From NCBI GenBank assembly GCA_963775295.1, contig CAVZIK010000006.1:1119602-1183601 (forward strand): DNA of 64,000 nucleotides, read 5' to 3'. The notes under the pieces are model-generated. The model was not told the origin of the DNA and did not search any database. It was given only the letters and a program-made list of their open reading frames with translations. The DNA comes from an uncultured Actinomycetes bacterium (GTDB taxonomy: Bacteria > Actinomycetota > Thermoleophilia > RBG-16-64-13). A program made the position numbers and the translations under genes. Shown here in pieces: positions 47,476-59,069 of this stretch (its first letter is position 1; every line of letters starts with the position of its first letter).

Positions 47476-48793
47476 TATGCGCAGCATCGGTTGTGGAAGA
47501 GTGGTTTTCGCGATAGCCGCGCTGCTGGGCGTGATCGCCGTCATTGGTCTCTCCGGATGCGGGTCCTCGACAAACAACGCTGTCACAGAAACGGGCTTTC
47601 TCGTGTCGAGCGTGGCACGTCAGGAGCTGCCCGTGGCTGAAGGCGTCACCAAGACGCTGGTTGCAGGCAACAACACCTTCGGTCTCGAGTTGTTCCAGGC
47701 GGTCCGGAGCAGCGACAAGAACTTGGTGTGTTCGCCTTACAGCCTTTCCACCGTCCTGGGCATGACCATCGCGGGGGCGACAGGCGTGACCGAACAGGAG
47801 ATGGCGAAGGTTCTCCACTTCGATCTCGCGGGGGCGCAGCTCCATGACGCCTTCAATACGCTCGATCTGTCGCTGTCGATCACGGGACAGGTAAAGGTCG
47901 CGAATGCGCTGTGGGGCTCCGACCGGTATTCGTACAACCAGTCCTTCGTCGATCTTCTAGCCAAAGATTACGGTGCCGGCCTCGGGATCCTGGATTTCAC
48001 CAAGGCCGCAGCGGCGCGTGCCGCTATCAACGACTGGGTGAACGAGAAGACGAACGGACGCATCCCCGAGCTGGTGGGGCCGGGGGACATCAAGTCCAAC
48101 CCCGGGCCCGGTGAGCCTCTGCCGGTCCTGATGCTCGTTGACGCCGTCTACTTCAAGGCGGACTGGGCCAAACCGTTTCCGTTGCACCGCACGCTGGACT
48201 TGACGTTCCAATTGCTGGACGGACGTACCATTAAGGTTCCCATGATGCCCCAAGAGCAGGTCTTTCCGAACGGCAAAGGCGTGGATTTTCAGGCGCTCGA
48301 GCTGCCCTACGAAGGTGGGCGGTTCTCAATGGTTCTTGTTCTTCCCACGGAGGGGACGTTCGAACGATTTGCCTCCGGCTTCGATGACGCCAGGCTGGGC
48401 GAAGTTCTCGATTCGCTCGGAGATAGCCAGATCGCTGTGTTGATGCCCCGCTTCGAGTATTCGTCGAAGCCCGAAGTCAAGGATGCGCTCCAGGCTTTAG
48501 GGATGGTGCAGATGTTCGAGACTTTCGGAGACTTCTACGGCATGCTGGACACGAGCAAGGGCGTTCCGGACAGCTTCTACGTGGGTGGAGTGCAACAGAA
48601 GGCCTTCATATCGGTGGGCGAACTGGGCACTGAGGCTGCCGCCTCTTCGGCGGTCACCATGGTCGCAGGAGCCGCCGCGGTGGAGCGTAACGAGATCGTT
48701 CTCGACCGGCCGTTCTTGTACCTCATCCGCGATCGGCAATCCGGGCAGATCGTATTCCTGGGACAGGTGGTCGATCCGTCGCAAGCCGAGTGA
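47476..48793 (+). CDS. Serpin-family serine protease inhibitor, lipoprotein (start ATG 47476 preceded by AGGAGGGG)
   Basis: Signal peptide plus lipobox MRSIGCGRVVFAIAALLGVIAVIGLSGCGSS. Serpin core with the C-terminal signature IVLDRPFLYLIRDRQSGQIVFLGQVVDP and hinge/reactive-loop region GTEAAASSAVTMVAGAAAVER. Confidence 0.85.
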
Positions 48794-48814
48794 CGCGCGA
48801 GAAGACTCCTCGCC

Positions 48815-50341
48815 TCAAGCTTCCTGGAAGACCTCTTCGTTCTCCTGGCCCTTGACGAGCGACGCGAGGGCCGCGATGAGCGCCAGTCCGGCCCCGACGA
48901 GCATGGCCAAGTGATAGCCGCGTACCAGCGAACTCGAGTTGCTCACGTCTGCGCCCATGCCCCATATGAGCTTGGCACCGGTGGGCCCCAGCGTCGAGGC
49001 TGCAATGGCGCCGAGGAGGCCGATCGATAGGGCCTGTCCGCAGAAGCGCGTCGTCGACACGAAACCCGAGGTCGAGCTCAGCCGGGATTCGTCCACGGAG
49101 CCCATGATTGCCGACATGTTTGGTGCGCTGAAAAGGCCGGTCCCTGCCCCGATCAGTATAAGAGCCATCGATATGCGGCCCAGCGAAGCGCCCGCCGGCA
49201 GAGTGCCCAGGAGCGCCATCCCGGCGACGACGAGCATCAAACCGACGAAACCGGGAGGTCGCGGACCGATGCGGTCCGAGAGGCGACCCACCACCGGGGT
49301 GATGAACACCATGAGCACCGGGGGCACGAGCAGAACCAAGCCGGTCATTTCGGGCGAGCGTCCCTGAGCCACTTCGAGGAAGATCGCCGTGAAGATCGTC
49401 ACCCCAAAACTGCCCGACGCGTAAAGAAACGAGGCCAGATTGGCGGCCGCGTATCCCCTGTTGCGGCGGAGAAGTCCGATGTCGATAAGTGGGTCTTCCA
49501 CCCGCTGCTGGAGTATCACAAAGAATACCCCCAGGATCAGCGCGAGGCAGAGCAGCCCGATCGTGAGCGGATTTCCCCAGCCCCAGATCGCGGAGAGGGT
49601 CAGGGGTAGGAAGAAAGCAGCAAGAAGGGCGGCCAACAGTCCGGTCCCAAGGACCTCGTTCAGTCCAATCGACCGTTGCCCCCTGCCGGCGAGGGCTCTG
49701 ACCTTGTCCCTCGTTACCTTGTCCCGCTTCTCCGAGCCAACCAGGGTCCAGCCGGCCACGAGCAGGGCCAGGCTGATGGGAATGTTGATCAGGAAGACCC
49801 ACTGCCACCCGAGACCCGCCACGATGAGTCCGCCCAGTGGAGGTCCGGCGGCGACGCCCACGTAGACTCCTGCCACATTGAGTCCGAGACCAAACCCCCT
49901 CTCGTGGGCGGGAAAGACCGAGACGACGATCGCGGCACCGGTGGCATACACCAAGGCCGCCGCGCCTCCCTGGAAGCCTCTGGCCGCGATAAGCGCGGTT
50001 CCGTTCGGCGATAGGGCCGCGGCAACCGAGATCACGATGAACAGACCAACGCCGATGAGGTGGAACCGGATGAGTCCGTAACGGTCGGCGAGGTGTCCGA
50101 GCGGGATGAGCAGGATGCTGAGAACGAGGAGGTACGAGGTCTGTATCCAGAGGGCGCCGGTGAACCCGAGGCCGAAGTGGGGGGCAATGACCGGCACGGC
50201 CACACTCACGATCCCCGAATTGAGCGAGCCGATGAAGACCCCGACTGTGCTCACCGCCAACACGGTCCAGCGTCGGCGCATGAGCTCGGATTGGTCTTCC
50301 GGAGGGATTGTGGCGGGCCCGGAGTGCGGTTCCGCCCTCAT
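48815..50341 (-). CDS. MFS transporter, 14-TM DHA2 (EmrB/QacA-like) type; start at Met 50341 (ATGA overlap with the GNAT stop)
   Basis: 14 TM helices and the DHA2-type motif LGHLADRYG. Confidence 0.8.
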   Translation of the reverse strand: MRAEPHSGPATIPPEDQSELMRRRWTVLAVSTVGVFIGSLNSGIVSVAVPVIAPHFGLGFTGALWIQTSYLLVLSILLIPLGHLADRYGLIRFHLIGVGLFIVISVAAALSPNGTALIAARGFQGGAAALVYATGAAIVVSVFPAHERGFGLGLNVAGVYVGVAAGPPLGGLIVAGLGWQWVFLINIPISLALLVAGWTLVGSEKRDKVTRDKVRALAGRGQRSIGLNEVLGTGLLAALLAAFFLPLTLSAIWGWGNPLTIGLLCLALILGVFFVILQQRVEDPLIDIGLLRRNRGYAAANLASFLYASGSFGVTIFTAIFLEVAQGRSPEMTGLVLLVPPVLMVFITPVVGRLSDRIGPRPPGFVGLMLVVAGMALLGTLPAGASLGRISMALILIGAGTGLFSAPNMSAIMGSVDESRLSSTSGFVSTTRFCGQALSIGLLGAIAASTLGPTGAKLIWGMGADVSNSSSLVRGYHLAMLVGAGLALIAALASLVKGQENEEVFQEA

Positions 50342-50811
50342 GATTTCACCAGGCGTCGCATTTTTGGTCCCGTGTACTCGAATGCCATCCTCTCGTAGAA
50401 ACGCACAGCATCTGTCCCCTGGGCGCTCTCGGGGCCTGTGACGTCGAGGCGGAACCATCCCTTGCGCCGGGCGATCTTCAGGGCTTCTTCAATCAGGGCA
50501 CGTCCGCAGCCATTGCCGCGGCGCGTCGGCCGCACATACATCTCATCGATGATGCCGTACTCTCCCCCCGCGTAGAGCGCGAAACTCTCCGACAGCGTAA
50601 GTATCCCAACCGCGGTTCCGGCCTCTTCCTTGGCCAGAAGCGCTGTAAATCGGCCGGCTTCCTGCTCCATATTCCTTCGGATGCTCAGTGCGAGCTCCAC
50701 TCGGTCGATGGCCGCGAATTCTTGTCCCTCCTCTCCCAGTTCAGCGAGTAACTCCTCGGTGAGAGTCAGCACCGTATCTATTTCGTGAGGCTGGGCCGGC
50801 TCGATATTCAA
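50338..50811 (-). CDS. GNAT-family N-acetyltransferase (start probably TTG 50811, overlapping the methyltransferase stop as TTGA)
   Basis: GNAT core with IDEMYVRPTRRGNGCGRALIEEA (acetyl-CoA-binding R-x-x-G-x-G). The longer track ORF would overlap the upstream gene by 114 nt. Confidence 0.75.
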   Translation of the reverse strand: MNIEPAQPHEIDTVLTLTEELLAELGEEGQEFAAIDRVELALSIRRNMEQEAGRFTALLAKEEAGTAVGILTLSESFALYAGGEYGIIDEMYVRPTRRGNGCGRALIEEALKIARRKGWFRLDVTGPESAQGTDAVRFYERMAFEYTGPKMRRLVKS

Positions 50812-51659
50812 GCGATGCCGTCCTGTTTGACGGCCGTCAGGGAGAACATGAGGGGTATCCGGGGCATACCGTCCGGCAGCCGGAAGGAACCGCGGCCGTC
50901 TTCGACCATCCACGGGAACCATCGCCAGAAGAGGTAGGGGTACTCTCGCAAAGACGTGACCCGTAGGCCGGCCGCGGTGAGCGACCCCACTATTTCTTCG
51001 AAAGAGTGCTGCCAGGAATAAGAGACGCCTTCGAAGTCGGCCTCGGGGACCGCGTAACTCCCTTTCTCTTCCCAGCGGAGTGCGCCCCGGTCGAAGTAGT
51101 CGAAACGGAAGCGCAGTTCTGGCTCCGTCGTTTCATCGAACATCCAGGTGAACGGGTGCGAGTCGGAGATGAAGAACGTTCCGCCGGGTTTCAAAGCACC
51201 GGCGATGGTCCGAGCCCACGCCCTCAAGTCAGGCAGCCAAGAGATCGTACCGTGTGAGGTGAAGACTATGTCGAACTGCTCGCCCGCCAGGGCTGCACTG
51301 ACCGCAGCCGTATCGGTGACATCGGCGCAGCAGAATCGGGCCTTACTGCCGAGTTCGTGAGCCAAGCGTCTGGCGTGAGCGATCGCCTTCGTAGAGAAAT
51401 CGACTCCCATCACGCGAGCCCCACGCCTCTCCCATGAAAAGGTGTCGAGTCCGAAGTGGCACTGCAGGTGGAGGAGTGACTTCTCCCGAATATCGCCGAC
51501 CGCACCCATGACGCCCTCGAGTTCCACCGCGTCCAAGGTCTCTCGCCCAGCCACAAAACCTGCGACGTCGTAGAACTCGCTGGGGACGTGGACCTCTGTC
51601 CATCCGTCCCACAGTTCGCGGTTGGCCAGGAGAAAGGGATTTGTTTCTTCCTGTTTCAT
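50808..51659 (-). CDS. Class I SAM-dependent methyltransferase
   Basis: SAM-binding motif I VMGVDFS plus acidic post-I residue, motif II CCADVTD, motif III FDIVFTSHG. Confidence 0.75.
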   Translation of the reverse strand: MKQEETNPFLLANRELWDGWTEVHVPSEFYDVAGFVAGRETLDAVELEGVMGAVGDIREKSLLHLQCHFGLDTFSWERRGARVMGVDFSTKAIAHARRLAHELGSKARFCCADVTDTAAVSAALAGEQFDIVFTSHGTISWLPDLRAWARTIAGALKPGGTFFISDSHPFTWMFDETTEPELRFRFDYFDRGALRWEEKGSYAVPEADFEGVSYSWQHSFEEIVGSLTAAGLRVTSLREYPYLFWRWFPWMVEDGRGSFRLPDGMPRIPLMFSLTAVKQDGIA

Positions 51660-52276
51660 GACACCCATGCTAACACCGGGCTGGAATGGTGAGGCGCCAC
51701 CCCAGCAGGAGGATGAACGATGATGGAGTCGGGCGCAATGTTCGAAGGCCGCTTGTCATCGAGGCCATCGTACGGGGGTAGGCGGCCGGTTTGGGCTGGA
51801 AGAAATATCAGCGCTCAGGCACGGTGTGTGAGATAGCCTTGCCCGAAGGCCTGTGCGAATCGGACAGGCTTCCAGAGCCGATCTTCACCCCCTCGACAAC
51901 GGCCGATTTCGGGTCGCGAAGTGGCGGAAGAGGGGCGAGACGCCAGCATCGCCCTATGCGAGTTTGCCGCGCGGCATGCACAGGAAAGGGGCATCATCAC
52001 CGGGATGTTCACTGCCGATGCGTCCCAGTTCTGACCTGGCGACTCGTACAATCCGGGCGGGTCTATAAAGCCAATTTCGACAAGCAGTTCGTTCGTGACT
52101 ACTTTGAGTCCATCAACCGGAACAGGGAAGCGCCCCACCGGAACTGCCGGAAGAAGTGGTCCGGAGGGCCCGGAAGAAACTCGTGATCCCTCCGGCCGGG
52201 TGCGGCCCTCTCCGACGCCCTCGGGCCGAGAGGCGGCGCCAGCGGCCACCGAGGCCGCCGGCGCGAATCCCGACTC

Positions 52277-53482
52277 CTAGCGGAAGCGTCTCCGCGCGCT
52301 GCCGTTGTAGACCATGCGCGGTTTGGGCTTCTTCGCGGTCCGGTCAGGATTCGGGATCAGGCGGTCCATATAAGCGAAACCATCGAGGTCGCTGCAGGGC
52401 AGGGTCTCTCCGAGCATTACTTCTATCTCACGAAACTCGCCAGCTTGCTCCGCCGCTAAAAAGCTGATGGCCGTCCCGGTGGCTCCCGCGCGGGCCGTAC
52501 GGCCGATGCGGTGCACATAGTCCTGAGCCTGCGAAGGTAGGTCGTAGTTGATCACGTGCGAGATATGGTCGACGTCGATGCCGCGGGCCACGATATCGGT
52601 GGCCACGAGGACACGGAAGGTGCCGTCCTTGAAGCCGTCCAGCGCCTTCTGGCGCTGAGCCTGTGTGCGGTTGGAGTGGATGGCCGCCCCATTGATACGG
52701 CTACGCTCCAGTTGGCGGCATATCCGGTCGGCGCGGTGCTTTGTGCGGGTGAAGACCAGCACTCTATCGAGTTTGTCCGTCTCGAGCAGGCGGACGAGTA
52801 GGTCGGTCTTTTGAGCTTCGGCCACCGGGTAGATAGCCTGAGTGACAGAGTCCACAGGGGTGGCGCTCGGGGCCACTTCCACCCGCGCCGGATCGTTGAG
52901 AGTCGGTCCCGCTATTCGCATGATGTCTCTGCTGAGGGTCGCCGAGAAGAGCATGTTCTGACGCTTGGGCGGGAGAAGGTTCATGATGCGGCGTACGTCG
53001 GGCCAGAAGCCCATGTCCAGCATCCGGTCGGCTTCATCAAGCACCAGCAGTTCCACGTGTGACAGGTCGATGTCGCCACGCTGCTCAAGGTCGAGAAGAC
53101 GGCCCGGTGTCGCCACGAGCAACTCCACGCCGCGCCGCAGTTTCCGGATTTGCGGTTCGTAGCCAACCCCACCGTACACCGCGACGACATGTTGTCCGGT
53201 GTGTTTCGTACAGGCTCGCGCGACTTCCTCGATCTGAACGGCCAATTCGCGGGTAGGCGTAACCACCAGCGTGCCAATGGTCCTGCGGCGGCCCATGAGT
53301 TGGAGGGCTGGTAGGACGAAGGCTGCGGTCTTGCCGGTGCCCGTCTGCGCGCAGCCGATGATGTCGCGGCCGGCGAGGGCGAGAGGGATGGCTTGTTCTT
53401 GGATGGGGGTGGGCTCGGTGTAGCCGAGGGTGCGAACAGCTTCGAGAAGGCCTGGCTCCAGGCCTAGATCGTTGAAACTCAA
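52277..53482 (-). CDS. DEAD-box ATP-dependent RNA helicase (start at TTG 53482 with AAGGAG 7 nt upstream)
   Basis: Q motif, AQTGTGKT, PTRELA, DEAD (LVLDEADRM), SAT, HRIGRTARAG, basic C-terminal tail. The 47 codons upstream of TTG 53482 are AT-rich and look like 5'UTR rather than coding sequence. Confidence 0.9.
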   Translation of the reverse strand: MSFNDLGLEPGLLEAVRTLGYTEPTPIQEQAIPLALAGRDIIGCAQTGTGKTAAFVLPALQLMGRRRTIGTLVVTPTRELAVQIEEVARACTKHTGQHVVAVYGGVGYEPQIRKLRRGVELLVATPGRLLDLEQRGDIDLSHVELLVLDEADRMLDMGFWPDVRRIMNLLPPKRQNMLFSATLSRDIMRIAGPTLNDPARVEVAPSATPVDSVTQAIYPVAEAQKTDLLVRLLETDKLDRVLVFTRTKHRADRICRQLERSRINGAAIHSNRTQAQRQKALDGFKDGTFRVLVATDIVARGIDVDHISHVINYDLPSQAQDYVHRIGRTARAGATGTAISFLAAEQAGEFREIEVMLGETLPCSDLDGFAYMDRLIPNPDRTAKKPKPRMVYNGSARRRFR

Positions 53483-53600
53483 GATGTGGCTCCTTGCCGT
53501 GCGCCTCAAAAGGATCGCACTGCGGTTATAGACGCAGTTGATCCAGTCGAGTCTTCGGAAAAGAGCGGTGGGACAACCGAGTCTGTAATATTGTTGCTCC

Positions 53601-53630
53601 AGTATAGCTGAATAATCATTCAACCGTCAA
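53601..53630 (-). promoter_or_regulatory. Near-consensus sigma-70/SigA-type promoter of the DEAD-box helicase (TTGACG - 18 nt - TATACT), giving a 5'UTR of about 110 nt
   Basis: Minus strand reads TTGACGgttgaatgattattcagcTATACT. -35 at 53630-53625, -10 at 53606-53601, in the most AT-rich 60 bp of the window. Confidence 0.5.
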
Positions 53631-53779
53631 AACTGCCAGGGTACGAGCATTTTCGGGCTGATGCGGTCTCGGGTACCATGAACGGAGCCACGGACCGCGA
53701 GTGCTTTTCGAGTAATGGAGGGGTCATGGACTCAGGGACGCTTTGCCGACTCAAACCCCATCGAGGGTGGGGAACACTC

Positions 53780-54406
53780 ATGATAGTTGTGATAGGGACA
53801 ATGGTCGGCTTGGGGGTCTCTGTCGCCGGCTGCGGGGGTGGTAGCACGGTTGCTACCACCATGACTTTGACGCAATCCGCCTCTACTACCACTACTTCCG
53901 TGGTGACAACCACCTCCGAAGCGACGACGGTGACTTCGGCCACCGCTACGACCGAGGCCGAGACCACTACTACCACGGAAGCGCTCTCCAACGCGGAGAT
54001 CTTGCTGCCTAGTGGGAACGTCAAGGCTATGGGCTTCATCGACAAGGTCTGGGAATCTGGCGGCAAGCGTTACATTAGTATCGATTATGCCCAGATGCTT
54101 ACGGGTGAGGAAGCGAGGCAGGCGGCCATCGCAGCTGGCGCCATCGGGCCGGATGAAGAATTAGACAACGACTACTACATCGTGAACGACAACACGAAGA
54201 AGCGGCAGTTCACCGTGTCAACATCAGCGACCATTGCGACTTCCACTTTTGGCGACGGCATGGACCAACCCGCCACCTGGGCGCAGTTCAAGAGTTTCTG
54301 GAGCGCGACTCCGCCGGCCGGAGCGGAGCACCTGCATGAGGTTCCCTGGTGGATAGAGCGCAATGGCAGCGTGGTGATCAGCATCGCGGAGCAGTATCTG
54401 CCCTAA
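53780..54406 (+). CDS. Secreted lipoprotein of unknown function with a long Thr-rich linker
   Basis: MIVVIGTMVGLGVSVAGCGGGS signal and lipobox, about 50 residues of T/S/A/E/V low complexity, then a 130-aa globular domain with no recognised motif. Confidence 0.6.
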   Translation: MIVVIGTMVGLGVSVAGCGGGSTVATTMTLTQSASTTTTSVVTTTSEATTVTSATATTEAETTTTTEALSNAEILLPSGNVKAMGFIDKVWESGGKRYISIDYAQMLTGEEARQAAIAAGAIGPDEELDNDYYIVNDNTKKRQFTVSTSATIATSTFGDGMDQPATWAQFKSFWSATPPAGAEHLHEVPWWIERNGSVVISIAEQYLP

Positions 54407-54426
54407 GACGTTGGGCCCCCGACGGA

Positions 54427-54747
54427 TTACTGAGTGCCGAGGCGGGACTGGATGATCGCCCTGACTTGGTCGGTGTCCTCCGGGGTGATCGCGGGCAACA
54501 CCGCAGATCCGACATCCAGGATCAGCGCCCGTTCTTTGTGTGGCCGGGCTGGATCGAGATGCCACCAATGCTTGAAGTCGCCCGATCCCCAGATGCGCCC
54601 CTTGCCCGTGAGCGCCCCCATCCGGATCTCCTCCACCCCCCGGATACGGCCGTAGGGAATGGTCTTCGTCCCGAAGGGGAAGTAGTACCAGTGGATGATC
54701 AGCGCCTCCGAAGTGCACTCGATCCAACGATCGCGATATAACACCAA
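54427..54747 (-). CDS. Small hypothetical protein (possibly bacterial PH-like); start TTG/GTG around 54747-54744
   Basis: Conserved-looking core YYFPFGTKTIPYGRIRGVEEI...GDFKHWWHLDP; lies immediately downstream of typA. The longer track ORF overlaps typA by 104 nt. Confidence 0.45.
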   Translation of the reverse strand: MVLYRDRWIECTSEALIIHWYYFPFGTKTIPYGRIRGVEEIRMGALTGKGRIWGSGDFKHWWHLDPARPHKERALILDVGSAVLPAITPEDTDQVRAIIQSRLGTQ

Positions 54748-54763
54748 CGGCCGCGGGGGGCTT

Positions 54764-56698
<1,935 letters not shown>

Positions 56699-56863
56699 TA
56701 AGCCCTAGACTCCTCGTTGGGTTCGGGTTCGAAGGAACTGCTCGGGACGAGCACAAGATTATAGCGCGCAATGACCCAAGCCGACTTGAATGGCGAATAC
56801 GATTCTAGAAACCTCTCCTGATACAATTCCCGTTGGAAAGCGAACCGGGGGTCGTGAGCACCA

Positions 56864-57502
56864 GTGATATACAGGGAACCTCAGCAGAAGCGCAGCCAGG
56901 AGTCGCTCGAGCGGATCCTCGACGCGGCCGAATATCTCATACGCGAGCGGGGCTTCGACAATATGACGGTCGCTGAGGTCGTGCAACGTTCTGAATCCTC
57001 GGTTGGCAGTCTTTACGCGCGTTTCCGCAACAAGCTCGGACTGTTGCAGGCCGTTCAAGTGCGCTATCACGAGCGCGTCGAGGGCGCCATAGCGGACGCT
57101 TTCGACGAGGCCCGGGATGAGTGTCTTGAAGACGCCGTGGAGAGGGTGGTTCGCGTTCTCTGCGACCATCTTCTCAACGAACCGGAGTTGTTCCGAGCGT
57201 TCATCCTGGAGGCCGTGTACGATCCCCGGGTGCGCGCTCAAGGGGAGCGGATCAACGCCAGCCGACGCAAGAATCTCACTGACGTCCTGTTGGTTCACCA
57301 AGGAGAGATCAAACATCGAGATCCGGAGTTGGCGGTTCGCTGGTTCTACGCGGTGTGCATGGCCATCCTCAGGGAGAGGATAACCTACGGGGAAGGGGCC
57401 GAATTGTCCGGAGCCTTTCCGGACGACGACATGGTCCGCGAGCTCACTCGCACCGTCACCTGCTACCTCATGTGCGACGGCCTCAGCGCCCGCCCACTGT
57501 AA
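56864..57502 (+). CDS. TetR-family transcriptional regulator
   Basis: N-terminal HTH RSQESLERILDAAEYLIRERGFDNMTVAEVVQRSESSVGSLYARFRNK; divergent from typA. Confidence 0.85.
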   Translation: MIYREPQQKRSQESLERILDAAEYLIRERGFDNMTVAEVVQRSESSVGSLYARFRNKLGLLQAVQVRYHERVEGAIADAFDEARDECLEDAVERVVRVLCDHLLNEPELFRAFILEAVYDPRVRAQGERINASRRKNLTDVLLVHQGEIKHRDPELAVRWFYAVCMAILRERITYGEGAELSGAFPDDDMVRELTRTVTCYLMCDGLSARPL

Positions 57503-57632
57503 AAGGGGCTCTCTTACAATGCTGTGTGGGAGGATTTGACCCCACCCTTATTGGAATGATATTTTAGTTCTATTCGGGGGCGTGCTACGCCCTGTGTAAG
57601 GTTCGCGCTCAACATATGGAGGGGGCTCAAAC

Positions 57633-59057
57633 ATGGGCATCGACAAAGAAGTATCCCGCCGAGATTTCCTCAAGATAGCCGGCGTTGCCGGTGCGGCAGT
57701 GGGTCTTGGGGCCGGTCTGGGCGGCGTGGTTGCCGCTTGCGGTGGGACTGAAGAGACGACCACTACGGCGGCTGCTGTGACGACCACGCTTGCCGGGGAA
57801 ACAACAACCACAGGCGCCGAGACGACCACGACTGCGGGAGCGCAGGCCGGCCGCGACGTCAAGATCGGAGTCATCTCGCCGAAAACCGGCAGTCTCGCTT
57901 CCTTCGCCAAACCGGACGAGTGGATCGTCAAAGTTGTGGGCGATTCCATCAAGGACGGCGTTGTCTGTGGCGACGGCATGGTGCACAAGTTCCAGTTCAT
58001 AGTCGAGGACAGCCAATCGAACGCCAGCCGGTCGGCCCAGATCGCCGGTGATCTAATTCTCAACAGCAAGGTGGACATGCTCTTGGTGTCGTCCAGTCCG
58101 GAGACTGGCAACCCGGCCGCCGATCAGGCTGAAGCCAACGGGGTGCCGCTGCTCGCCAACTTCATCCCCTGGCAGCCGTTCTACCTTGGTCGAGGCGCGA
58201 CTCCGGACAAACCCTTCAAATGGACCTACCTGTTCCACTTTGGGCTTGAGGACGCGGCAGAGGTGCGCATAGGCGCGTGGGCGAACATCCAGACCAACAA
58301 GAAGGTGGGTCTGCTCTTCCCCAACGACTCCGACGGCGTAGCTTGGGCTAACGACAAGACCGGGCTTGCACCCGTGCTGATCAAATCCGGTTATGAGATC
58401 ACTCAGCCAGGCCTACACGACGCGACCGCCGAAGACTTCACCCAGCAGATATCTGAGTTCAAGAAGAACGGCTGCGAGATCGCCTCGGGCATCGAGGTTC
58501 CGCCGCTTTTCACCAACTTCTGGAAGCAGTGTCTGCAGCAAGGCTACCAGCCCAAGATCGCTTGGTTCGGCAAAGCACTCCTTTTCCACGAGACCCTTAT
58601 AGCGCTCGGCGATTCCGGTATCGGTCTCTCGGACGAAGTGGTCTGGCACCCGACCTTCCCATACAAGAGCTCGCTGACGGGTCAGACTTGTCAGGAGCTT
58701 GCAGATCAGTACACGGCCGACACCGGCGAAGGCTGGACCGAGCCCATAGGCCAGTACGGCAAATTCGAGTGGGCCGTCGATGTCTTCAAGCGCGTTACGG
58801 ACATAGAGAACAAGGAACTCTTTCCGCCGGCCATCCAGGCAACCAAGCTCGACACCATCAATGGGCTGGTCGACTTCACGACTCCAGTCAAGATGGGAAC
58901 CGTTCATCCGGTGCTCAACGTGTTCAAGATCAAGATTGCCGCGGGTCAGTGGTACAAGACCGACAGCGGCCCGTGGCCGTACGATATCCGCTTGGTCTAT
59001 TCGCCGGATCCCACCATTCCGACTCCGAGCAAATTGGAGCCAATGCAATACGCCTAA
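57633..59057 (+). CDS. Tat-signal lipoprotein, PBP1 (Leu/Ile/Val-binding-like) substrate-binding protein; orphan paralog of 3427..4854
   Basis: Signal region SRRDFLKIAGVAGAAVGLGAGLGGVVAACGG is almost identical to the one at 3427; the mature domain is roughly 35-40% identical by eye. Confidence 0.8.
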   Translation: MGIDKEVSRRDFLKIAGVAGAAVGLGAGLGGVVAACGGTEETTTTAAAVTTTLAGETTTTGAETTTTAGAQAGRDVKIGVISPKTGSLASFAKPDEWIVKVVGDSIKDGVVCGDGMVHKFQFIVEDSQSNASRSAQIAGDLILNSKVDMLLVSSSPETGNPAADQAEANGVPLLANFIPWQPFYLGRGATPDKPFKWTYLFHFGLEDAAEVRIGAWANIQTNKKVGLLFPNDSDGVAWANDKTGLAPVLIKSGYEITQPGLHDATAEDFTQQISEFKKNGCEIASGIEVPPLFTNFWKQCLQQGYQPKIAWFGKALLFHETLIALGDSGIGLSDEVVWHPTFPYKSSLTGQTCQELADQYTADTGEGWTEPIGQYGKFEWAVDVFKRVTDIENKELFPPAIQATKLDTINGLVDFTTPVKMGTVHPVLNVFKIKIAAGQWYKTDSGPWPYDIRLVYSPDPTIPTPSKLEPMQYA

Positions 59058-59069
59058 AGTAGGAGCATC

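Noticed and set aside
51669-52276. RNase P RNA or tmRNA in the 600-bp gap
   Set aside because: The conserved blocks are absent on both strands: GGAAAGUCCGGGCUCC and ACAGAACCCGGCUUA for RNase P, and GGGGCUGAUUCUGGAUUCGAC with a tRNA-like 3' end for tmRNA.
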